A program made the position numbers and the translations under genes. The notes beneath the pieces were generated by a model, which made no database searches, was not told where the DNA came from, and saw nothing but the letters and a program-made list of their open reading frames with translations. A stretch of 40,830 nt of DNA, from assembly GCA_051009035.1 (NCBI GenBank), contig JBPCWY010000088.1, positions 1-40,830 of the forward strand, given 5' to 3'. This document shows positions 16,926 to 25,321 of this stretch, piece by piece (position 1 is the stretch's first letter; each line of letters begins with the position of its first letter). This stretch comes from Gammaproteobacteria bacterium (lineage in GTDB: Bacteria; Pseudomonadota; Gammaproteobacteria; Tethybacterales; Persebacteraceae).

Positions 16926-19207
16926 TAAAGCAACCCTTCCGTTTCGTGCGCGGGCGGCGGCGCGTTGGCGGCGGGCAATAATTCTTCGTAAAAATATTCG
17001 CGCCGTCCGGCAGACGGAGAATCGGCGGACAATAATAATCCGTTTTCCGTATTAATATCCGCGGCAATCACCCCCGGTGGCGGGACATATTCCACGACCG
17101 CGCGTCCGGCGAGCGCTTCCGCCATAAAATCGCCCCAAATCGGCAACGCCGCGCGCGCGCCGGTTTCTTTGTTGCCGAGCGAGCGGAGTTGGTCGTAACC
17201 TATCCACGCCGCCGCCGCGATGTTGCCGCCAAATCCGGCAAACCACGCATCGCGGGTGTCGTTGGTCGTGCCGGTTTTGCCCGCCAAATCGGAGCGGTTG
17301 ACCCGGCGCAACACGCTTGCGCCGGTGCCTTCGCGCACCGCGCTTTGCAGCAGGGAAGTCATAATAAACGCGTTGCGCGGGTCAATCGCGCGTTTTCGCG
17401 ATTCAAAATTTAATTCGTTGACGATTAAATTGCCGTCGTAATCTTCCACCCGCGAAATTAAATATTGATTAACCCGAAAACCGCCGTTGGCGAATACGGC
17501 GAAAGCGCGCGCCACTTCCATCGGCGTCGCCGCGCCCGCGCCCAGCCCCAGCGTCAGATACGGCGGGTGGTCTTCGCGCCGAAAACCGAAGCGCGACAAA
17601 TAATCCTGCGCGTAACGCGCGCCGATAAATTTTAACAACCGAATGGTCGCCAAGTTTTTGGAACGGGCAAGCGCGCGGCGCAATAAAATCGGCCCCGCCG
17701 CTTTCCCGTCGTAGTTTTTCGGCTCCCAGCTTTTGCCGCTGCCGGTTTCTTCCGCCGACAAAAAAATCGGCGCGTCCGGAATCACGCTCGCCGGGGTGAA
17801 TCCTTTTTCCAGCGCCGCGGAATACACGAAAGGTTTAATGCTGGAGCCGGGTTGCCGCCGCGCCTGCGTGGCATGATTAAACTGGTTGCGGGTAAAATCA
17901 AAACCGCCGGACAACGCAAGCACCGCGCCGTCTTCCGGCGCCAGCGCAACCAGCGCGGCTTCCGCGCCGGGAAGCGGCATGACTTTAACATTTTCCCCGT
18001 CCGGCATAATCCGCACGACCGCGCCGCGGACGAACTCCGGTTTTTTGCCCCCGCCGGGCAAATGGCGGCGCAACGCGCCGAGCGCTTTTGCCGGGATTTC
18101 ATATTCCTTGCCGTCTTTGCCGACAAGCGACAGGGATTGTTTTTCCGCCGCGGTGACTAACGCGGGCATCAGCCCGCCCCGCGCCGGTTCGCCGTGCAAA
18201 GTTGCGGCGGCTTCGGCGGCGGATAAATTTTGCAAATCAATAAATTTTTCCGGTCCGGCGTAAGAGCGGCGCAATTCGTGCGAGAGCAATCCCTGGCGCA
18301 CGGCTTGCACGGCGGCGGTTTGCAGGCGCGTTTGGATTGTCGTATAAATTCGCAGCCCGCGTTCGTAAGCTTCTTCGCCGAAATGTTCAAACGCCAGCTG
18401 CCGCACTTCTTCGGCGACAAACGCCGCTTCTACCGGAAAACGCCGCGCCGGACGGCGCAACGCGGGCAAATCCGCTTCCGCCAAATCGTCATAAACCGCG
18501 CCGTCAATAATCCCGCCGGCCCGCATCCGCCGCAGGACATGCAGCTGCCGCGCTTTCGCCCGTCCGGGATGGCGGCGCGGGTCGTAATTACTCGGCGCTT
18601 TCGGCAATCCGGCGAGCAGGGCGATTTCGCCGGCGGTTAATTCGTCCATCGTTTTGTCGTAATACGCGCGCGAGGCGGCGGCGAAACCAAACGCGCCTTG
18701 TCCCAAATAAATTTGATTCATGTAGCGTTCCAAAATTTGGCGCTTGCCGAAAGCGCGTTCAATTTTTAATGCGAGCAATGTTTCAGCGGCTTTGCGCATC
18801 AGCGTCCGTTCGCGGGTTAGATAAAAATTGCGCGCGACTTGCATCGTAATCGTGCTGGCGCCTTCCCGCCGCCCTTCCAAATAACCGAGCGCGGCGCGTC
18901 CGACTCCGGCAAAATCCACCCCTTGGTGTTGGAAAAAACGCGCGTCTTCGGTCGCCAGCAATGCGTCTACGAGCATGCGGGGAAATTCCCGAAATTCCCG
19001 GTAGGCGCGTTTTTCTTTGCCAAACTCGCCGATTAAATCGCCTTCGCTGGTGTAAATCCGCATCGGCAAACGCGGGCGGTAATCCGCCAAGGCGTCCAAG
19101 GGGGGGAGTTTTTGATACACCACCGCCAACGCGAGCACGCCAAAAAACGCGGCATTTAACGCGCCAAACACGCCCGCCCAAAAAATACACTGCATCAACC
19201 GGCGCAT
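16925..19207 (-). CDS. mrcA: Penicillin-binding protein 1A (bifunctional glycosyltransferase/transpeptidase)
   Basis: The GT51 motif is EDARFFQHQGVD, with RKAAETLLALKIE. The transpeptidase motifs are SSIKPF (SxxK) and KTGTTND. An N-terminal TM anchor is present. The ATG at 19207 overlaps the pgsA stop as TAATG. Confidence 0.95.
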   Translation of the reverse strand: MRRLMQCIFWAGVFGALNAAFFGVLALAVVYQKLPPLDALADYRPRLPMRIYTSEGDLIGEFGKEKRAYREFREFPRMLVDALLATEDARFFQHQGVDFAGVGRAALGYLEGRREGASTITMQVARNFYLTRERTLMRKAAETLLALKIERAFGKRQILERYMNQIYLGQGAFGFAAASRAYYDKTMDELTAGEIALLAGLPKAPSNYDPRRHPGRAKARQLHVLRRMRAGGIIDGAVYDDLAEADLPALRRPARRFPVEAAFVAEEVRQLAFEHFGEEAYERGLRIYTTIQTRLQTAAVQAVRQGLLSHELRRSYAGPEKFIDLQNLSAAEAAATLHGEPARGGLMPALVTAAEKQSLSLVGKDGKEYEIPAKALGALRRHLPGGGKKPEFVRGAVVRIMPDGENVKVMPLPGAEAALVALAPEDGAVLALSGGFDFTRNQFNHATQARRQPGSSIKPFVYSAALEKGFTPASVIPDAPIFLSAEETGSGKSWEPKNYDGKAAGPILLRRALARSKNLATIRLLKFIGARYAQDYLSRFGFRREDHPPYLTLGLGAGAATPMEVARAFAVFANGGFRVNQYLISRVEDYDGNLIVNELNFESRKRAIDPRNAFIMTSLLQSAVREGTGASVLRRVNRSDLAGKTGTTNDTRDAWFAGFGGNIAAAAWIGYDQLRSLGNKETGARAALPIWGDFMAEALAGRAVVEYVPPPGVIAADINTENGLLLSADSPSAGRREYFYEELLPAANAPPPAHETEGLL

Positions 19208-19782
19208 TATTCCGCCCCCCGCGCACGCCATGCAGCGCGGGCGTATTCCGCCATAGACCACGCGGCGAGCGCCGCCGCCGCCCACAACAACGCGCTTCCC
19301 GCCCAAACGGCGGGCGCGCCCCATAAATCTCCGGCAAACAAAAACAAAACCGCCGCCATTTGCGCGCCTGTTTTCCATTTACCCGCCGCCGAAACTTTAA
19401 CCGATTCGCCCGCTTTGTTTAACGCCGCCCATTCGCGCAATGCGGATACGAATATTTCGCGCGCGATAATCAGCAAACTCGCGGCGGGCGCGGCTTTGCC
19501 GGCATCCACCAACAACAGCAGCGCGGTGACGACCAAAATTTTATCCGCGACCGGATCCAAAAACATGCCGAGACGCGTTTGCTGGCGGTGTTTGCGCGCC
19601 CAATAACCGTCTATAAAATCGGTTGCGGCGGCGGCGGCAAACACCGCGGCGGCGGCGGCGGCGGCGGTTTTTTCGCCCGCCGCCGTCCACTGCGGCAGCC
19701 AAAACACAAACGCCAAAACCGGCGCGGCGCACAAGCGCAACAACGAAAGCGCGTTGGGAAGATTATTGGTTAAATTATTCAT
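19207..19782 (-). CDS. pgsA: CDP-diacylglycerol--glycerol-3-phosphate 3-phosphatidyltransferase
   Basis: CDP-alcohol phosphatidyltransferase motif DFIDGYWARKHRQQTRLGMFLDPVADK. The start overlaps the uvrC stop (ATGAATAA). Confidence 0.92.
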   Translation of the reverse strand: MNNLTNNLPNALSLLRLCAAPVLAFVFWLPQWTAAGEKTAAAAAAAVFAAAAATDFIDGYWARKHRQQTRLGMFLDPVADKILVVTALLLLVDAGKAAPAASLLIIAREIFVSALREWAALNKAGESVKVSAAGKWKTGAQMAAVLFLFAGDLWGAPAVWAGSALLWAAAALAAWSMAEYARAAWRARGAE

Positions 19783-21529
19783 GGATGGATTTGTAAATGC
19801 GTCCCGCCAATCGCGGGCTGATTCCTTTAATTTTAACCAATTCTGCTTCCCCGGCGGCGCGCAACCCGCGCAACCCGCCGAAATATCCGATGAGGCGTTT
19901 GCGCAGTTGCGCGCCGATTCCTTCTATTTCTTCCAGCGCGGAAGTGCGGCGTTTTTTGTCGCGCCGCTGCCGGTGTCCGTTGACCGCAAACCGGTGCGCT
20001 TCGTCCCGCGCCGCCTGCAATAAATGAAACGCCGGGTCGGTTTCCGGCAAAGTTAATATTTCGCCGTCTCCGGTTATTAAAGTTTCGCGACCGGATTTGC
20101 GTTTTTCGCCTTTTGCAATCGCCAACACCGAAACGCCTTCCGGTGCGGCGGAAACCGCCGCCCGCAACTGCGCGCCGCCGCCGTCAATTAACAGCAAATC
20201 CGGCGCGGGCGATTGTTCCGCGGCGGCGCGGCGAAAGCTGCGCGCCACCGCCTCGCGAATCGCCGCCGCATCGTCCCCGCCCGGCGCGGCGATGGCGTAG
20301 CGGCGGTATTGCGAAGTTTGCGGCGCGCCGCCGACAAAAACCGCGCGCGCGGCGACCGGCGATTCGCCCGCGCTGTGGCTGATGTCAAAACATTCAATCC
20401 GAAGCGGCGGCGGCATGTTTAACCGCTCGCCCAGCGCGCGCAATTTTTCTTCCGCCGCGCCTTGTTTTGCGCGGCGCAATTCCAACGCTATGGCGGCGTT
20501 TTTTGCCGCTTCCAGCGCGAGGCGTTTTTGCGCCCCGCGCGGCGCGCGGACAACGGGCAAAGAATCGGGCGGCGGCGGATGCGGGCGGCACGCGGGAATA
20601 ATCGCCGGCGGGTGCGGCATATTTCCGTAGTGTTGCCCGATAAACGCCGACAATACTTCCGCGGGCGTAGCGGCGGCGGCGCACGCCGGAAAAAAACGCC
20701 GCTCCCCCAGCCGCCGCCCGCCCCGCACCATCACCACATTGACGCATGCGCCGGCTTCGCCGCAATGCGCCCCGGCATAATCGGCGTCCGGCGCGCCGGG
20801 GATGTCAATGCAATGGCGCGCGCGGACGACCGACAACGCGCGCAGGCGGTCGCGCAACGCCGCCGCTTTTTCAAATTCCAATTGCGCCGCGGCGTCTTCC
20901 ATTTGCCCGCGCAAACCGGCTTCCGCGCCGCGGCTGTCGCCTTGCAACAGCGCTTTTGCGCCGCGCACATCGGCGGCGTATTGGGCGGGCGGCAGGGCGT
21001 TGATGCAGGGCGCGCTGCATCTGCCGATGCCGTGCAGCAAACAGGGGCGGCTGCGGTTGGCAAAAACGGAGTCGGCGCAAGTGCGCAGCCGAAAAGCGCT
21101 TTGCAGCATATTAATCGTCTCGCGCACCGCCCGCCCGTCCGGAAACGGCCCGAAAGAATCCCCGTCCGCCGCGCCGCGCGCATACATCAGGCGCGGGTAG
21201 GCGTGCGCGCTAAACCGCAGCAGGGGATAGGTTTTGTCGTCGCGGAATAAAATATTGTAGCGCGGGCGCAGGGATTTAATCAGGGCGTTTTCCAGCAACA
21301 GCGCGGCGTGTTCGGAAGCGGCGACGGTGATTTCCACATCCCGCATGGCGGAAAGCATCAGGCGGATGCGGGGCGAGGCGCGGCGGGCGGAAAAATACGA
21401 AGCAACGCGTTTGTTGAGATTCGCCGCCTTGCCGATATAAAGCGCCGCGCCTTTGCCGTCTACAAAGCGGTAGACGCCGGGCAACGGCGGAATGCTTTGC
21501 AAAAAAGCGGGTTTGCCGCGCGCAGTCAT
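19775..21529 (-). CDS. uvrC: Excinuclease ABC subunit C
   Basis: N-terminal GIY-YIG (GVYRFVDGKGAALYIGKAANLNKRV), UvrBC-interaction region, Endo V-like domain, C-terminal (HhH)2 (IEGIGAQLRKRLIGYFG). Confidence 0.95.
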   Translation of the reverse strand: MTARGKPAFLQSIPPLPGVYRFVDGKGAALYIGKAANLNKRVASYFSARRASPRIRLMLSAMRDVEITVAASEHAALLLENALIKSLRPRYNILFRDDKTYPLLRFSAHAYPRLMYARGAADGDSFGPFPDGRAVRETINMLQSAFRLRTCADSVFANRSRPCLLHGIGRCSAPCINALPPAQYAADVRGAKALLQGDSRGAEAGLRGQMEDAAAQLEFEKAAALRDRLRALSVVRARHCIDIPGAPDADYAGAHCGEAGACVNVVMVRGGRRLGERRFFPACAAAATPAEVLSAFIGQHYGNMPHPPAIIPACRPHPPPPDSLPVVRAPRGAQKRLALEAAKNAAIALELRRAKQGAAEEKLRALGERLNMPPPLRIECFDISHSAGESPVAARAVFVGGAPQTSQYRRYAIAAPGGDDAAAIREAVARSFRRAAAEQSPAPDLLLIDGGGAQLRAAVSAAPEGVSVLAIAKGEKRKSGRETLITGDGEILTLPETDPAFHLLQAARDEAHRFAVNGHRQRRDKKRRTSALEEIEGIGAQLRKRLIGYFGGLRGLRAAGEAELVKIKGISPRLAGRIYKSIHE

Positions 21530-21644
21530 GCCGCCATTTTACAACTTTTACGCCGTTTTTAATTTTCCCCCGCGCCGTTGCGGCGGGTAAAATACGGCGG
21601 CGCGCTAATTTGCCGCGCGCATCCGAAACAAGCGGCGCGAAAAC

Positions 21645-22793
21645 ATGAAAAATATTACGCAACTGGGACAGGTTTTTACCCCGCCCGAAATTGTCCGGCA
21701 AATGCTCGCGCTGCGCAAAAACCGCGGTGCGGTTTTGGAGCCGGCGGCGGGGGACGGCGCGTTTTTGCGCGCGCTTGGCGGCGCGGCGACGGGGGTGGAA
21801 ATTGACCCGCATTACGCCGCGCAAAGCGGCGCGCGGTGCATGGATTTTTTTGATTATCCCGTCTCGCATAAATTTGAAACGATTATCGGCAACCCGCCAT
21901 ATGTCCGCTACCAGGACATTCCGCCGCAAACGCGGCAAAAATTAAACGGCGCGCCGTTTGACCGCCGGACGAATTTATATTTGTTTTTTGCCGAAAAATG
22001 CATGCGCCACTTGGCGGACGGCGGCGAACTTATTTTGATTACGCCGCGCAATTTTCTAAAAACAACGGCGGCGGCGCAACTCAACCGCATGCTTTACGAA
22101 GGCGGGACGATAACCGATTTTATAGAATTGGGGGACGCGCGCGTGTTTGACGGGGCGTCTCCCAACTGCGCGATTTGGCGTTTTGAGAAAGGCGATTTTT
22201 CGCGCCGGACAAACGGCGGCGCGCTTTCTTTCGCGCACGCCGCCGGGCAAATTTTTTTCCGCCACGCCGCGGGGGGCGTTTCGCTCGGCGAAATATTTTC
22301 GGTCAGAGTCGGCGCGGTAAGCGGCATGGATTCCGTTTTTGCAAACGCGCGCGGCAACCGCGATTTTGTATGTTCGCGCACGGCAAAAACCGGCGAGACG
22401 CGCCGCATGTTTTACAACATCAACCATCCCGCCCTCCTGCCGCACAAACAAAAATTATTGGCGCGGCGGATTCGCAAATTCGGCGAAGGCGATTGGTGGC
22501 AATGGGGGCGGGCGCATTGTGATTCGCCGCGCCCGCGCATTTATGTCAACGCCAAAACGCGCCGCGCCGCGCCGTTTTTCCTCCACCCCGCGCGCGATTA
22601 CGACGGTTCGGTATTGGCGCTTTTTCCGCGCGGCAAAGCCCGCCTGCGCCCGCTGCGCGACGCCTTAAACGCCGCGGATTGGAACGCGCTCGGTTTTATT
22701 TGCGGCGGGCGTTTTTTATTCGGGCAGCGCAGTTTGCAAAACTGCGTCCTGCCGGAATCATTCGCCCGCTTCGCCGCGCCGGTTGCTGCGTAA
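21645..22793 (+). CDS. Solitary gamma-class N6-adenine DNA methyltransferase (M.TaqI/Eco57I-like)
   Basis: Motif X is GQVFTPPEIV, motif I is VLEPAAGDGAFL, motif IV is IIGNPPYVRY. A C-terminal TRD-like region follows. No candidate endonuclease ORF on either side. Confidence 0.85.
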   Translation: MKNITQLGQVFTPPEIVRQMLALRKNRGAVLEPAAGDGAFLRALGGAATGVEIDPHYAAQSGARCMDFFDYPVSHKFETIIGNPPYVRYQDIPPQTRQKLNGAPFDRRTNLYLFFAEKCMRHLADGGELILITPRNFLKTTAAAQLNRMLYEGGTITDFIELGDARVFDGASPNCAIWRFEKGDFSRRTNGGALSFAHAAGQIFFRHAAGGVSLGEIFSVRVGAVSGMDSVFANARGNRDFVCSRTAKTGETRRMFYNINHPALLPHKQKLLARRIRKFGEGDWWQWGRAHCDSPRPRIYVNAKTRRAAPFFLHPARDYDGSVLALFPRGKARLRPLRDALNAADWNALGFICGGRFLFGQRSLQNCVLPESFARFAAPVAA

Positions 22794-23026
22794 TTATTTT
22801 TTTGCCGCGTTATTTAATTTGTTTTTCTTTTTCCGCAAACTACAAATGCGCGGATAAAAATTGAACCGCCAATACGGCATTGGCGCATGACAATTTAAAA
22901 AAAGAATCGGCAAAAAACGGGAAGGGTAAAGTAAGGGTAAAGTATTACCCATTAAAATATAATTCGGCGCGGCGGATAGGCGGCGAAACAAACCGGCGAA
23001 AAATTTTAATTAATATTTGCGCCGCA

Positions 23027-24070
23027 TTAAATTTCCACGGCGACGCCCGCGCCGGGGGCGGTTTCGCCGATGATTGCCGCTTGCGGGCAGCCGTTGTCCG
23101 CAAAAATTTGCAATACTTTTTTTACCGCCGCGGGGGCGCAAGCGGCGAGCAATCCGCCGCCGGTTTGCGGGTCGGTTAATAATGTTTGCCGCCAGGGCGC
23201 AAGCGCGCCGCCGACTTCGCTTTGATAACTTTCCCAATTGCGCGCCGATGCGCCGGTTGCTTCGCCTTTTTTTGCCAGCGCGCGGGCGCGGATAAAAAAC
23301 GGAATAGCGGAAAAACGCAACACCGCGCGGCATTTGGACGCCCTGCACATCTCCAACAAATGCCCCAGCAAACCGAAGCCGGTAATGTCGGTCAACGCCG
23401 AAACGCCGCGAATGTTTGGCAACGATTCTCCGGCGCGGTTTAATGCGGACATTGCGCCGGTTAATATTTTGTAATCTTTGGCGGACAATTCGCCGCGGCG
23501 GTGTGCGGCGCACATTAATCCCGCGCCGAGCGGTTTGCCGAGAATCAATTTATCGCCCGCGTGCGCGCCGCCGTTTGTCAGGATTTTTTTCGGATGCGCG
23601 CGCCCGACAACCGCCAGCCCGTAAAGCGGTTCCGCCGCCGCGATGGAATGCCCGCCCGCCACGACGATTCCCGCTTCTTTGCATTTTGCCGCGCCGCCCG
23701 CCCAAATTGCGGCGGCTGCGGAATCCGGCAACGCGGCGGGCATCGCCGCCAACGCCAGCGCAAACAACGGGGACGCGCCCATCGCATACACATCGGAAAT
23801 TGCATTCGCCGCGGCGATGCGCCCGAAATCGTCCGGCGAATCCACCGGCGGCGCAAAAAAATCGGCGGTCGCCACGAGCGCGCAATCTTCGGAGATTTTC
23901 CACACGGCGGCGTCTTCGGCGTTTTCCGCGCCCGCCAATAATGCGGGCGGGATAAACGGCGGCGGCAAAACGCCCGCTTCGCGCAACAACGCGCGCAACC
24001 GCTTCGGCGCGATTTTGCAGCCGCAGCCGCCAGTTTGGGCGAAAGAAGTTAAACGGATTTTTTGTTTCAT
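23027..24070 (-). CDS. selD: Selenide, water dikinase (selenophosphate synthetase), Cys-type
   Basis: N-terminal LTSFAQTGGCGCKIAP with TGC codons at both Cys positions. AIR-synthase-like fold motifs are present. Confidence 0.93.
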   Translation of the reverse strand: MKQKIRLTSFAQTGGCGCKIAPKRLRALLREAGVLPPPFIPPALLAGAENAEDAAVWKISEDCALVATADFFAPPVDSPDDFGRIAAANAISDVYAMGASPLFALALAAMPAALPDSAAAAIWAGGAAKCKEAGIVVAGGHSIAAAEPLYGLAVVGRAHPKKILTNGGAHAGDKLILGKPLGAGLMCAAHRRGELSAKDYKILTGAMSALNRAGESLPNIRGVSALTDITGFGLLGHLLEMCRASKCRAVLRFSAIPFFIRARALAKKGEATGASARNWESYQSEVGGALAPWRQTLLTDPQTGGGLLAACAPAAVKKVLQIFADNGCPQAAIIGETAPGAGVAVEI

Positions 24071-24162
24071 GATTAAAATTGTTTTATTAAAATATGCGAA
24101 TTGTAATGCATTTTAAGTTTGGCGGCAAAGCGCGCAGTTTTTTTTTGCCGCGGCGCGATGCG

Positions 24163-24981
24163 TCAGCGGTTGCCGCTTGTCGGAAATTGTTTTGTTTTTT
24201 GTTTTTTCGGCGCGGGCGGCGGCGGCAGTTTTGCCAGCGCAAGCGTAAAATCCGATGTTTGCCAATGCGCGCGAAAAGCGGCGGCGGTTTCGTTTCGGTC
24301 CATGCCGTTTTTAATATAATCGCGCTGAAAAATAATCAAGCGTTTTTCAATATCGCAAAGCTCCGCGTAATGGCGGAGGGTATTGTCCGGGGAATCGTAA
24401 ACCAAACAATTCCGAAAAAGCGGGTTGCGCGTGTCGTTAATACCCGTAATATTTAATATTTCGTGGGCGACGGTTCTGCCGATTGCGCTGTCGGACGCCG
24501 CGCCAAATTCGGCGAAGCAGTTGCGCGGTTCGCCGTCGCCGCTGATGCCGTTGCAAAACCATCGCGCGCGGTTGTTGCCGAGGACGATGCGGACGGCGCG
24601 GGGATATAATTTAATGTGCGCGGGCATGCATTCGCGGCGGAATGCTAAAAACGGCGCGCCGTAAATGCGGTTGTAATCTTCAACAAAACGCGCGGCGAAT
24701 TTGGCGGTTTGCATTCCCCGCTTTTCGCAGCCGCCGCGCCTGCATTTCTTTAACGAAACGCAAAAAGTCCGCCCGTCCCGCCCGGCATTCGCCAAACTAA
24801 AAGCGGGATGCCGCCCGTTATCCCCGCCTTCGTAAGCGGTCAATGCTTCCAGCACGAAACTTTTTTCCATGCCGACCGCCCCGGCAAAGCCGAGAATTTT
24901 CTTTCCGCCGGACGGCGCATCTTCCGCCGCCAGCGCAAAAGGCGAAAACAAAAACGGCAATAAAACAAAAAACATTTTCAC
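24163..24981 (-). CDS. Hypothetical Cys-rich secreted protein
   Basis: GTG start at 24981 with AAGGAGG 8 nt upstream. Signal peptide is (M)KMFFVLLPFLFSPFALAAE. At least 10 Cys. No family recognised. Confidence 0.6.
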   Translation of the reverse strand: MKMFFVLLPFLFSPFALAAEDAPSGGKKILGFAGAVGMEKSFVLEALTAYEGGDNGRHPAFSLANAGRDGRTFCVSLKKCRRGGCEKRGMQTAKFAARFVEDYNRIYGAPFLAFRRECMPAHIKLYPRAVRIVLGNNRARWFCNGISGDGEPRNCFAEFGAASDSAIGRTVAHEILNITGINDTRNPLFRNCLVYDSPDNTLRHYAELCDIEKRLIIFQRDYIKNGMDRNETAAAFRAHWQTSDFTLALAKLPPPPAPKKQKTKQFPTSGNR

Positions 24982-25125
24982 GGCATACGCCTCCTTTCGT
25001 ATTGCAAAAAACGCCGTTAATTTTTAGGAATGCATTATACCAATTTATTAATTTTTATAAATATTGTTGCGGATTTCATTGTTTACGGGGTTCCGTTTTT
25101 CGCGGGTCTCCGCTCCCCTCCGTCT

Positions 25126-25261
25126 CTCCATTCCTGCGAAGGCAGGAATCTTTTTGTCGGCGACGGCTTATTCCTTCGTTTAATATAATGGAAACAGCGG
25201 AAGTTTGGCAAATTCATGTCCCGCAAACGGCAAAGAGATTCCTGCCTTCGCAGGAATGGAG
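25126..25261. mobile_element. NIME/MITE-like composite element, copy A: 84-bp core flanked by perfect 26-bp terminal inverted repeats that contain the 20-bp palindrome
   Basis: The left end ctccattcctgcgaaggcaggaatct (25126-25151) is the exact reverse complement of the right end agattcctgccttcgcaggaatggag (25236-25261). Confidence 0.8.
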
Positions 25262-25321
25262 AGTATGGGGATTTTCGCCGGAATAACGGCGGCGGCGGGG
25301 CGCGCAATTAAACGGGCGCAA

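Noticed and set aside
19208-19378. The 817-aa version of the mrcA ORF
   Set aside because: The extension overlaps pgsA and is Gly/Arg-rich. The TM anchor and GT51 domain start after the ATG at 19207.
24010-24040. Selenocysteine (UGA) codon or SECIS in selD
   Set aside because: The active-site region reads GGC GGC TGC GGC TGC AAA, so both positions are Cys codons. There is no in-frame TGA.
24400-24470. Zinc-metalloprotease motif in the secreted orphan (VAHEILNITG)
   Set aside because: The sequence is HEILN, not HExxH, and no downstream third ligand motif was recognised.
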